From: Phycisphaeraceae bacterium
GTDB taxonomy: Bacteria; Planctomycetota; Phycisphaerae; Phycisphaerales; Phycisphaeraceae
Assembly (NCBI GenBank): GCA_963674705.1
Contig: OY771506.1
Coordinates: 768,001 to 832,000 of the forward strand
Direction: 5' to 3'
Length of the DNA stretch: 64,000 nucleotides
The notes below the pieces were generated by a model. That model saw only the letters and a list, made by a program, of their open reading frames with translations, ran no database searches and was not told the DNA's origin. This document shows, in pieces, positions 9,803 through 18,207 of the stretch. Position 1 is the first letter of the stretch; each line of letters starts with the position of its first letter. Position numbers and translations under genes: made by a program.

Positions 9803-11455
9803 ATGCAGACAACGTCGTATGAACTGCGGGGGAACGTGGTGGATATCGTCCGCCGAAGGGTTTTTCCCGGGATCGTGGTTATAGAAGATGGCCGGATCAG
9901 CTCGGTCACCGATGATACCGAGGCCGGGCCGCAGACCTGCCAGACCTACCTCATGCCCGGGTTCGTCGATGCCCATATCCACGTCGAGAGTTCGATGCTC
10001 ACGCCCTGCCAGTTCGCCCGCCAGGCGGTGGTCCACGGGACGGTCGCGACGATAAGCGACCCGCACGAGATCGCGAACGTGCTGGGGATCGAAGGTGTAC
10101 GGTTCATGCTGGACGATGCGGCTAATACGCCTTTGAAGATCATGTTCGGCGCGCCGTCGTGCGTGCCGGCGACGGCGTTCGAGTCGGCCGGCGCGACCAT
10201 GGATGCCGCGGCGGTGGCGAAGCTGCTGGACGATCCGCGGATCGGATACTTAAGCGAGGTGATGAACTTCCCGGGCGTGCTGATGGGCGATCGCGAGATG
10301 ATCGCGAAGTTGGACGCCGCGAAACAGCGCGGTAAGCCGATCGACGGCCATGCCCCGGGCTTGCGTGGCGAGCAGGCTGCTGCTTACGTCCGGGCAGGGA
10401 TCAGCACCGATCACGAATGCTATACCAAGGATGAAGCGCTCGACAAACTGGCCGCCGGCGCGTTTATCCAGATCCGAGAAGGCTCAGCAGCTCGCAACTT
10501 CGAGGCGCTGTACACGCTGATCGATGAGTTCCCCGACAAGGTGATGCTTTGCAGTGATGACAAGCATCCCGATGAACTCGTAAACGGCCACATCAACGAG
10601 CTTGCCCGCCGGGCCGTTGCCAAGGGGATGGATCCGATGAACGTGATACGGGCCGGCTGCGCGAATCCGGTGCATCACTATGGTCTGGATGTGGGCTTGC
10701 TACAGCCGGGCGATCCGGCAGACCTGATCGAGGTTGACAGCCTCGAGTCTTTCAATGTGCTGCGTACGTTCATCGATGGCACTTGCGTTGCGGAGCGGGG
10801 TGGGGCTCTACTGCCCGAGCCCGCCGCTATCGAGCCGATCAACCAGTTCAAAGCGGAGCCGGTCAAACCGAGCGACCTGAAACTGAAGAACGGCAGCGGT
10901 AAAGCTCGCGTCATCGGTGCAATGGATGGCCAACTCGTCACCGAATGCCGTATCCTTGATGTTAAACAATCCGCAGACCAGATCATCGCCGATCCTGAAA
11001 AGGATATCCTCAAGATCGCTGTGGTGAACCGCTATTCCAAGTCCGCCCCGGCGGTCGGCCTGATCCAGGGGTTCGGCCTGAAGCGGGGGGCGATCGCGTC
11101 CAGTGTCGCGCATGATTCGCACAACGTCATCGCTGTCGGCACGAACGATCACGACCTTGCCAACGCTATCAACCTCGTCATCGATAACACAGGCGGGCTC
11201 AGCGCGGTCGACGGCTCTGACAAGCAGGTCCTGCCCCTGCCGATCGCCGGACTCATGGCGACGGGGTCGTGCGGTGAAGTCGCCGATGCCTACGCGAAAC
11301 TGGACCGGACCACAAAAGACATGGGCTCGTCCTTGCGTGCACCGTACATGACACTTTCGTTCATGGCGCTACTGGTCATCCCCAGCCTGAAGCTAAGCGA
11401 CAAGGGGCTCTTCGACGGCGAGAACTTCGAATTCACCACGGTGCATGTGGAATAG
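9803..11455 (+). CDS. ade: Adenine deaminase
   Basis: PGFVDAHIHVESS, DPHEIANV, DGHAPG, TDHEC, SSVAHDSHN. Confidence 0.95.
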   Translation: MQTTSYELRGNVVDIVRRRVFPGIVVIEDGRISSVTDDTEAGPQTCQTYLMPGFVDAHIHVESSMLTPCQFARQAVVHGTVATISDPHEIANVLGIEGVRFMLDDAANTPLKIMFGAPSCVPATAFESAGATMDAAAVAKLLDDPRIGYLSEVMNFPGVLMGDREMIAKLDAAKQRGKPIDGHAPGLRGEQAAAYVRAGISTDHECYTKDEALDKLAAGAFIQIREGSAARNFEALYTLIDEFPDKVMLCSDDKHPDELVNGHINELARRAVAKGMDPMNVIRAGCANPVHHYGLDVGLLQPGDPADLIEVDSLESFNVLRTFIDGTCVAERGGALLPEPAAIEPINQFKAEPVKPSDLKLKNGSGKARVIGAMDGQLVTECRILDVKQSADQIIADPEKDILKIAVVNRYSKSAPAVGLIQGFGLKRGAIASSVAHDSHNVIAVGTNDHDLANAINLVIDNTGGLSAVDGSDKQVLPLPIAGLMATGSCGEVADAYAKLDRTTKDMGSSLRAPYMTLSFMALLVIPSLKLSDKGLFDGENFEFTTVHVE

Positions 11456-11569
11456 CACATGAATGCCTAATGTACAGGCACAAACTTCCACAATTGATCC
11501 ATGGGTTTTTATGGGTCCGGGGCTATAATGCGGGATCAGGCCCAATGTATCCGAAACAATAGATCAGAC

Positions 11570-13045
11570 ATGCTCAAATCCGCTTCCACATCACGCGACC
11601 ACCTGGTGCTGTTTATCAACGGCGAGCGCCATGATGTAGCCGGTGGGGATGCTTTCGCGACGCTATCTGATTACCTGCGTATTCAATCCGGTATGGTCGG
11701 TACGAAGATCGTCTGTTCGGAAGGCGACTGCGGCGCGTGCAGTGTGTTGGTCGGCAAAGTGGATCAAGCAACCGGCCGATTGACGTATCGCGTGATCGAT
11801 TCGTGCATCCAGTTCATGTACCAGCTCGACCGCACGCATATCGTCACCGTCGAAGGGCTCAAACGCAACGGCCTGCTCAGCCCGATCCAGGACGCGATGG
11901 TCAAACATCACGGCTCGCAGTGCGGCTTCTGCACGCCGGGCTTCGTCACGACGATGACGGGCCTGCTTGAAGGTGATGGGCACGACAGGCAATCGCCGCT
12001 ATCACGCGAGGAGTTATCGCACGGCCTATCCGGGAACCTTTGTCGATGCACCGGGTATCTGCAGATCCTCGATGCGGGTTGTGCTGTTGATCCGGGCAAA
12101 ACTGCGCGGCTGTGTGAACTGTATCCCGATGAGCCTATCGCCGAACATTTCGCGGAGCTTGATCAGGATGATGTCCTGGTCCGTGATGCCGAGCGTGTGG
12201 TGGCTATTCCGTCCAGTCTCGACGTTGCGGTTGCTTTCAAAGCTGATCGCCCCCAATGCACGGTCGTGGCCGGTGCTACCGATATCGGCGTACAACACAA
12301 CAAGGGCAAGATCGCTCCGAGCGAAGTGCTTTGCCTGGCGAATGTCGGCGAGATTCAATCGATCGAACGCAACGATGGCCGGCTGACTATCGGAGCGGGG
12401 GCCACATGGTCGCAGATTGAGCGGGAAGTTAAGGAGCTTGTTCCGCCGTTTCATGACATCCTTACGGTGTTCGGCTCGCCACAGATCCGCAATAGCGGGA
12501 CGATCGGCGGTAATATCGCCAACGCCAGCCCGATCGCGGATTCCTTGCCGTTCCTGTTCGTGACTGAAGCCGAATTAGAACTTGTCGGCCCGGCCGGTTC
12601 GCGTCGCGTGAATATCAATGATTTTTATTTGGGGTACAAAAAGTTCGACCTTAAAGCGGACGAACTGATCGCGCGTGTGCATGTTCCGTTGCCAGCCGAT
12701 TCACAAACGCTGAAGCTCTACAAGGTATCTCGACGACGTGACCTGGATATCTCCACGTTTACCGCCGCGATATTGATGGAACAGGACGACTCGACCGCCG
12801 TTATCAAGACTATCCGCATCGCGATGGGCGGCGTAGCACCGGTTGTGCTGCGATTGCCGAAGACAGAAGCGTTTTTGGCCGGCAAACCACCGGCAGAAGA
12901 AGTCTTCCAAGAAGCAGGCCGGCTCGCCCGCACGGAGGTTACCCCAATCTCCGATGTGCGCGGCAGCGCCGACTTCCGCCTGCAATTAGCGGAAAACATC
13001 CTGAGCAAGTTCTATTACGATTGTGTTCAACCGGTAACGAAATAA
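11570..13045 (+). CDS. xdhA: Xanthine dehydrogenase small subunit (2Fe-2S/FAD)
   Basis: CSEGDCGAC, QCGFCTPG, GNLCRCTGY, GTIGGNIANASP; start uncertain (11501, 11528 or 11570). Confidence 0.93.
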   Translation: MLKSASTSRDHLVLFINGERHDVAGGDAFATLSDYLRIQSGMVGTKIVCSEGDCGACSVLVGKVDQATGRLTYRVIDSCIQFMYQLDRTHIVTVEGLKRNGLLSPIQDAMVKHHGSQCGFCTPGFVTTMTGLLEGDGHDRQSPLSREELSHGLSGNLCRCTGYLQILDAGCAVDPGKTARLCELYPDEPIAEHFAELDQDDVLVRDAERVVAIPSSLDVAVAFKADRPQCTVVAGATDIGVQHNKGKIAPSEVLCLANVGEIQSIERNDGRLTIGAGATWSQIEREVKELVPPFHDILTVFGSPQIRNSGTIGGNIANASPIADSLPFLFVTEAELELVGPAGSRRVNINDFYLGYKKFDLKADELIARVHVPLPADSQTLKLYKVSRRRDLDISTFTAAILMEQDDSTAVIKTIRIAMGGVAPVVLRLPKTEAFLAGKPPAEEVFQEAGRLARTEVTPISDVRGSADFRLQLAENILSKFYYDCVQPVTK

Positions 13046-13066
13046 GGACAAACGTTCAGAAGCATC

Positions 13067-15400
13067 ATGCCCAACGTAGGCCAATCCATCCCGCACGACT
13101 CAGGCCCCGGTCACGTCACCGGTGAAGCGCTGTACATCGACGACCTCACGCCGATGGAGGGTGAGTTGTTTGTCGAGTTCGTCGGCTCGCCTGTCGCTTG
13201 TGGCACAGTAAAAACCGTCGACGTTTCCACTGCTAAACAAACACCCGGCGTCGTCGGCATCTTCACCTACAAAGACATCCTCGGCCCAAACCACTTCGGC
13301 GCGATCTTCCACGATGAACCTTTTCTCGTTGAAGACCACATCGATTACGTCGGCCAACCGATCGTACTGATCGCCGCCACCTCGCGTGAAGCCGCCCGCG
13401 AGGCTCGCAAGGCGGTCACCGTTGCGGTCGAAACCGAAACACCTGTTCTCGATATCGATACCGCGATCGAAAAGAATCAATTCCTCGGCCCGGAGCGTCG
13501 TATCGAACGAGGCGACTTCGATAACGCCTGGCAGAACGCCGAAAACACCCTCGAAGGCACGTTTGAATCCAACGGCCAGGAACAGTTCTACCTTGAAAGC
13601 CAGGCGGCAATCGCATATCCCGGCGAGCAAGGCCAACTCACCGTCGAATCCTCCACGCAGAACCCGACGGAAACGCAGGCTGTCATCGCGGAGGTGTTAG
13701 GTCTCGGTATGCACGAGGTGGTCGTACGCTGCAAGCGGATGGGCGGAGCCTTTGGCGGCAAGGAATCACAAGCCGCGATCCCTGCGCTGATGGCGGCGCT
13801 TGTCACACAAAAAACAGGTAAACCCGCGCGCGTCGTCTACACCAAAGACGACGACATGAAGATCACCGGCAAACGCCACCCTTACAAGACGTGGTACAAG
13901 GTCGGCTTCGATTCTGATGGCAAACTCGACGCCATCCAGCTCGACTTTTACTCCGATGGCGGCGCGTTTGCTGATCTATCGACCGGCATCATGGAGCGCA
14001 CGCTTCTTCATGCGGATAACGCGTATTACCTGCCGAACATCAAGATCAAGGGCCGGATCTGCAAGACGAACATCCCGCCGAATACGGCGTTCCGTGGGTT
14101 CGGCGGGCCGCAGGCGATCGCGGTGATCGAGAATATCATCCAGGAAGTCGCCGCGGCGCTGGGCAAAGATGCTTACGAAGTCCGCAAGCTAAACTGCTAC
14201 AGCGAAGCTCCGCACAACACCACGCCCTATGGCCAAGAAGTCAAGAACAACCTCCTGCCGCAGATCTTCGACCAGCTTGCAGAGAGCAGCGACTATAAAG
14301 CACGGCTCGCTGAGGTCGAAGCGTTTAACAAGCAATCGCCGACGCATCTCAAAGGCATTGCCATGACGGCGGTGAAGTTCGGCATCTCCTTCACCACCAA
14401 GTTCCTCAACCAGGGCAACGCGCTGGTGCATGTTTACACCGACGGCACGATCCAGGTTTCCACCGGCGCAACGGAGATGGGCCAGGGTGTCAACACCAAG
14501 ATACGCCAGATCGTCGCCGATGAGTTCGGCCTGTCGATCGAGCGTGTGATGATGATGACGACCTCGACGGAGAAAAATATCAACACCTCCCCCACCGCCG
14601 CCAGCGCGGGGACGGACCTCAACGGCGCCGCGGCCGTAAATGCATGTGCGACAATCAAGAATCGCATGGCCGATTTTGCGGCCGAGTTGTTCACCGAATC
14701 CAACAAAAACCTCGGGCCAAGTCCTGAAGATATCCGCTTCGAAGACGGCTTCGTCTTTGACCGACGCGCAACTGACAACCGCATACCGTTCGGGCAGTTC
14801 ACCAACCAGGCTCGCATGGCTCGCGTCGACCTGGGCGCACGTGGGTTCTACTCAACACCCGGCATCGACTTCGATCGGGAGGCCGGCAAAGGCAATCCAT
14901 TCTTCTACTTCACCACCGGCGCTGCGGTCGCTGAAGTACTCATCGACCGCTTCACGGGCGACCTGCGTGTGACCGGCATCGACATGCTCATGGACATCGG
15001 CCGCATGATCAACCCCGGTATCGATCAAGGCCAAGTCATCGGCGGGTTCGTCCAGGGCATGGGCTGGTGTACGACCGAAAACCTCGTCTATAACGATGAT
15101 GGCGAACTGCTCAGCTACTCGCCGACAACATACAAGATCCCCAACATCACCGACATACCGGAGCGGTTCAACATCGCGTTTATGGATAACAACGCCAACA
15201 CGAAGAACATCCGAAGCTCCAAGGCAGTCGGCGAACCGCCGTTAATGTTGGGCATCGCTGCGTGGGCGGCTGCGAAGCACGCGCTGGGGTGTGTAGCCGG
15301 GAAAAACAAAGTCCCGCTAAAACTTCCGGCGACGAATGAAGAAGTGTTGATGTGTTTGACGAAGATAAAGCAAACCGAACAACACACAATCAACAAGTAA
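13067..15400 (+). CDS. xdhB: Xanthine dehydrogenase molybdopterin-binding subunit
   Basis: HVTGEALYIDD, MGGAFGGKE, AFRGFGGPQ, TEMGQG, SKAVGEPP. Confidence 0.95.
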   Translation: MPNVGQSIPHDSGPGHVTGEALYIDDLTPMEGELFVEFVGSPVACGTVKTVDVSTAKQTPGVVGIFTYKDILGPNHFGAIFHDEPFLVEDHIDYVGQPIVLIAATSREAAREARKAVTVAVETETPVLDIDTAIEKNQFLGPERRIERGDFDNAWQNAENTLEGTFESNGQEQFYLESQAAIAYPGEQGQLTVESSTQNPTETQAVIAEVLGLGMHEVVVRCKRMGGAFGGKESQAAIPALMAALVTQKTGKPARVVYTKDDDMKITGKRHPYKTWYKVGFDSDGKLDAIQLDFYSDGGAFADLSTGIMERTLLHADNAYYLPNIKIKGRICKTNIPPNTAFRGFGGPQAIAVIENIIQEVAAALGKDAYEVRKLNCYSEAPHNTTPYGQEVKNNLLPQIFDQLAESSDYKARLAEVEAFNKQSPTHLKGIAMTAVKFGISFTTKFLNQGNALVHVYTDGTIQVSTGATEMGQGVNTKIRQIVADEFGLSIERVMMMTTSTEKNINTSPTAASAGTDLNGAAAVNACATIKNRMADFAAELFTESNKNLGPSPEDIRFEDGFVFDRRATDNRIPFGQFTNQARMARVDLGARGFYSTPGIDFDREAGKGNPFFYFTTGAAVAEVLIDRFTGDLRVTGIDMLMDIGRMINPGIDQGQVIGGFVQGMGWCTTENLVYNDDGELLSYSPTTYKIPNITDIPERFNIAFMDNNANTKNIRSSKAVGEPPLMLGIAAWAAAKHALGCVAGKNKVPLKLPATNEEVLMCLTKIKQTEQHTINK

Positions 15401-15425
15401 ATCTTCCAGAATATAGATTATGTTC

Positions 15426-15556
15426 CTCCCTTCTCCCCCCGGGAGACCCCGGAATAGGCAAGGATGAGGGCCGGGTTCATTTTGTAACCCGATTCAACAC
15501 CGGCCACGCAAACACATTCGGCCCTCACCCCGGCCCTCTCCCGAGGGGAGAGGGAG
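15426..15556. repeat. Inverted doublet of CCCTCTCCC/GGGAGAGGG palindromic repeat (family B)
   Basis: 15426-15472 is a degenerate copy with an insertion; 15520-15556 GGCCCTCACCCCGGCCCTCTCCCGAGGGGAGAGGGAG is in the opposite orientation. Confidence 0.8.
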
Positions 15557-15607
15557 TAAACCGCCGTATTCACATACTCGTCAATAAACAACTAAAATAC
15601 CCGCATC

Positions 15608-16405
15608 ATGCAAACCACAGAACATATGCAGCGTTACATGGAACTCGCTTCGGCCGGGACGCCGTTTGTCAGCGTCACGATGGTTCAAGCCATTGGCAGC
15701 ACGCCACAGGACGCGGGCAGCAAGATGCTTGTCACAGCCGACGGCCTGTTTCACGGCACGGTCGGCGGCGGACAGGTCGAAGCCAAGGCCATCGAACACG
15801 CGCAAGCGATGCTCGAAAATAAAACCGGCACGCAAGGCCACACCGATCTCGTCGAATGGAACCTGAAAAAAGACGTCGGCATGACCTGCGGCGGCACGGT
15901 CACGCTTTACTTCGAGTCGGTCAATCACAACGTCTGGCCGATCGTCATCTTCGGCGCGGGCCACGTCACCCAGGCGCTGGTCAACCTGTTAACCACACTG
16001 CCCTGCCGAGTCACCTGCATCGACCCGCGCGGAGACTGGCTCGACAAACTGCCCAAGGCGGCCAACATCCAGACAATCCGGACAGACGATCCACCCGCGC
16101 AGGTCGCAACGCTACCCGACGGCGCATTTGTCATCAGCATGACGCGTGGCCATGTCACTGACCTGCCTGTTTTGATCGAAGCCTTCAAGCAAAAACGCAA
16201 GTTCCCCTTCCTCGGCGTGATCGGCAGCAAGTCCAAGGCCGCGATCTTAAGACGCGAACTCACCGAGGCCGGCATCCCCGAAGATCAACAGACGTTCCAA
16301 TGCCCGCTCGGTCTGCCAATCGGCACGAATCATCCCGGTGAAATCGCGATCAGTATCGCGGCGCAGTTGCTGGAAGTGAGAGATAGATTGGCCGCAAAGA
16401 AGTGA
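15608..16405 (+). CDS. xdhC: Xanthine dehydrogenase accessory (Moco insertion) protein
   Basis: GSTPQDAGSKM, GTVGGG, GMTCGG, FGAGHV, GVIGSKSK, PGEIAISIAAQL. Confidence 0.93.
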   Translation: MQTTEHMQRYMELASAGTPFVSVTMVQAIGSTPQDAGSKMLVTADGLFHGTVGGGQVEAKAIEHAQAMLENKTGTQGHTDLVEWNLKKDVGMTCGGTVTLYFESVNHNVWPIVIFGAGHVTQALVNLLTTLPCRVTCIDPRGDWLDKLPKAANIQTIRTDDPPAQVATLPDGAFVISMTRGHVTDLPVLIEAFKQKRKFPFLGVIGSKSKAAILRRELTEAGIPEDQQTFQCPLGLPIGTNHPGEIAISIAAQLLEVRDRLAAKK

Positions 16406-16462
16406 TTTTTAGCCGCGAATAAACGCTAATAGACGCGAATCAAGAAACTGAATCTGCTCCGG

Positions 16463-16499
16463 TCCCCTCTCCCCCCGGGAGAGGGCTAGGGTGAGGGCC
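16463..16499 (+). repeat. Family B palindromic repeat copy
   Basis: TCCCCTCTCCCCCCGGGAGAGGGCTAGGGTGAGGGCC. Confidence 0.85.
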
Positions 16500-16560
16500 C
16501 GTATCTGCTTAATCATCAGAACTTCAAATAGCACAACAGGCACCAGCCACGAACCACAAC

Positions 16561-16585
16561 AAAAAACCCGACCAAAATGGTCGGG
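16561..16585 (-). terminator. Intrinsic terminator for guaD
   Basis: Minus strand CCCGACCA-TTT-TGGTCGGG followed by TTTTTT. Confidence 0.7.
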
Positions 16586-16639
16586 CTATATAGAATCACT
16601 CTTCTCATTCGCGTCTATTAGCGTTCATTTGCGGCATAA

Positions 16640-17896
16640 CTATTCCTGGCTGTAAACCACTTCCCCATTCACCACTGTTGCTTTCACCCATCGGTCATCG
16701 AAGGCAAACATCACCATACCGAGTGGATTGTGCGCTTCCTGCCAGGGGATGTCGGGGTGGATCACCACCAGGTCCGCCTCCATTGCTTCCTGGATGCGTC
16801 CCGTGTTAGGCCAACCCATCGCATCGGCGTTGCCCGTTGTGATCTGCCACCACGCCTCGGTGGCGCTGGGCACATCTTCCGTCTCGGCGCCCGCGTAGAA
16901 CGTCGCTTCCATCATCGCCTTTGCGACGCGGATCATACTGCGTTCGTAACCGCCGCCGATGTCACTGCCCAATGACAACGTGATGCCTGCATCGCGTAAA
17001 CGCTTGCGATCCATCGTGCCGGAACGCAAAAACGAATTGGCGGTCGGGCAGTGTGCCGCGATGCTGCCTGTCTCGGCAAGCACGGCACGTTCACTATCTG
17101 ATAAGTAAATGCAATGCCCCAGTATCGTGCGCGGCCCGAGCAGGCCGGCCTTTTGGTACACGCTCGTGTAATCGGGGCCGCCGTGCAGTCTGGCGACGGC
17201 TTCCAACTCCGGCTTCATCTCCGCCAAGTGTGTCTGCACATAGGCATCGTGCTCGCGCGCCAGGTCCCCCGCCGCTTTGAGAAGACCTTCGCTGCACGTG
17301 ATCGCAAACCTTGGCGTCACGGCTGTACTCACACGGTTGCCCGTGGCGCGCTGCCCCGGTTCACTCGGCCAAGCGTTCAATAGCGCTTCCGTTTCAGCCA
17401 GACATGCATCCGCGTCGCGCAGCATCGAATCCGGTGCTTGCTGATCGATCAAGACCTGCCCGACCAACGCACGCAAACCCCAGCGGGCACATGCCTGAAG
17501 CGCCCGCCGCGTGGCTTCGTGGTGCACCGTTGCGTAGGCGGCAAAACTCGTCGTGCCGACCGAAACCAGTTGCCCGATGACGCGCTCGGTCATCTCGGCT
17601 GCGTAATCCGCATCTGCCCACTTCGCTTCATTGGGGAACGTGACCTGCTCGAGCCAGTCCAATAACGACATGCCATGCGCACCGATCAGGTCGAACTGTG
17701 GCAGGTGCATATGTGTGTCAATGAAGCCAGGCGAGATCAAGCAGTCCTCACCCCCAAGATCAAATGACGCCGGCATCCCGCTTTCATGAACCTCAACGAT
17801 GCGGCCGCCGTCGGTGCGGATCCAACCGGTTGCGATCCTGACACCGGGTCGCAACCGGGCCGGGTCTGGAAGCAGTAATTTGCCGGCAAGTATCAA
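16640..17896 (-). CDS. guaD: Guanine deaminase
   Basis: PGFIDTHMHLPQ, TPRFAITCS, VQTHLAE, AHCP, GSDIGGG; next to xdh; TTG start with AGGAG RBS. Confidence 0.88.
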   Translation of the reverse strand: MILAGKLLLPDPARLRPGVRIATGWIRTDGGRIVEVHESGMPASFDLGGEDCLISPGFIDTHMHLPQFDLIGAHGMSLLDWLEQVTFPNEAKWADADYAAEMTERVIGQLVSVGTTSFAAYATVHHEATRRALQACARWGLRALVGQVLIDQQAPDSMLRDADACLAETEALLNAWPSEPGQRATGNRVSTAVTPRFAITCSEGLLKAAGDLAREHDAYVQTHLAEMKPELEAVARLHGGPDYTSVYQKAGLLGPRTILGHCIYLSDSERAVLAETGSIAAHCPTANSFLRSGTMDRKRLRDAGITLSLGSDIGGGYERSMIRVAKAMMEATFYAGAETEDVPSATEAWWQITTGNADAMGWPNTGRIQEAMEADLVVIHPDIPWQEAHNPLGMVMFAFDDRWVKATVVNGEVVYSQE

Positions 17897-18207
17897 TCCA
17901 ATCGCTCCTGATAAGTGAATTCTGGATATCTATCCTAACGGCATTGGGTTAAGGCCAACACCAAATATCTGATAAATTTAAAAACAATCCATCGGCAGAT
18001 GATCCTCGAACAAACCGGCCAGATCCATTCCATGGTTAATATGGGTTAACTCAACAAAACGAATCGTATGCCATTTAAAGGCGTTTATCTGCGTACTAAC
18101 CCCTGCCCACATAAACATCTTAGATATACATGCCGATGATGAACATAATCGGGGTAATATCCGCCGAAAGGTGGAGATTATAGGTCGTTGGGAGCGTGTG
18201 AGGGCCG

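Larger units (their letters stand above)
16412..16635. repeat. Element bounded by 29-bp inverted repeats (family C)
   Basis: GCCGCGAATAAACGCTAATAGACGCGAAT (16412-16440) matches the reverse complement of 16607-16635 at 27/29; each arm is made of ~10-bp units. Confidence 0.85.

Noticed and set aside
15352..15822. 156-aa ORF containing PHPGPLPRGEG
   Set aside because: Translation of the family B repeat, overlapping xdhB and xdhC
18150..18200. c-di-GMP-I riboswitch upstream of the GGDEF-EAL gene
   Set aside because: Only a GAAA-capped hairpin; the GACGCAAA junction and second stem with tetraloop receptor are not visible
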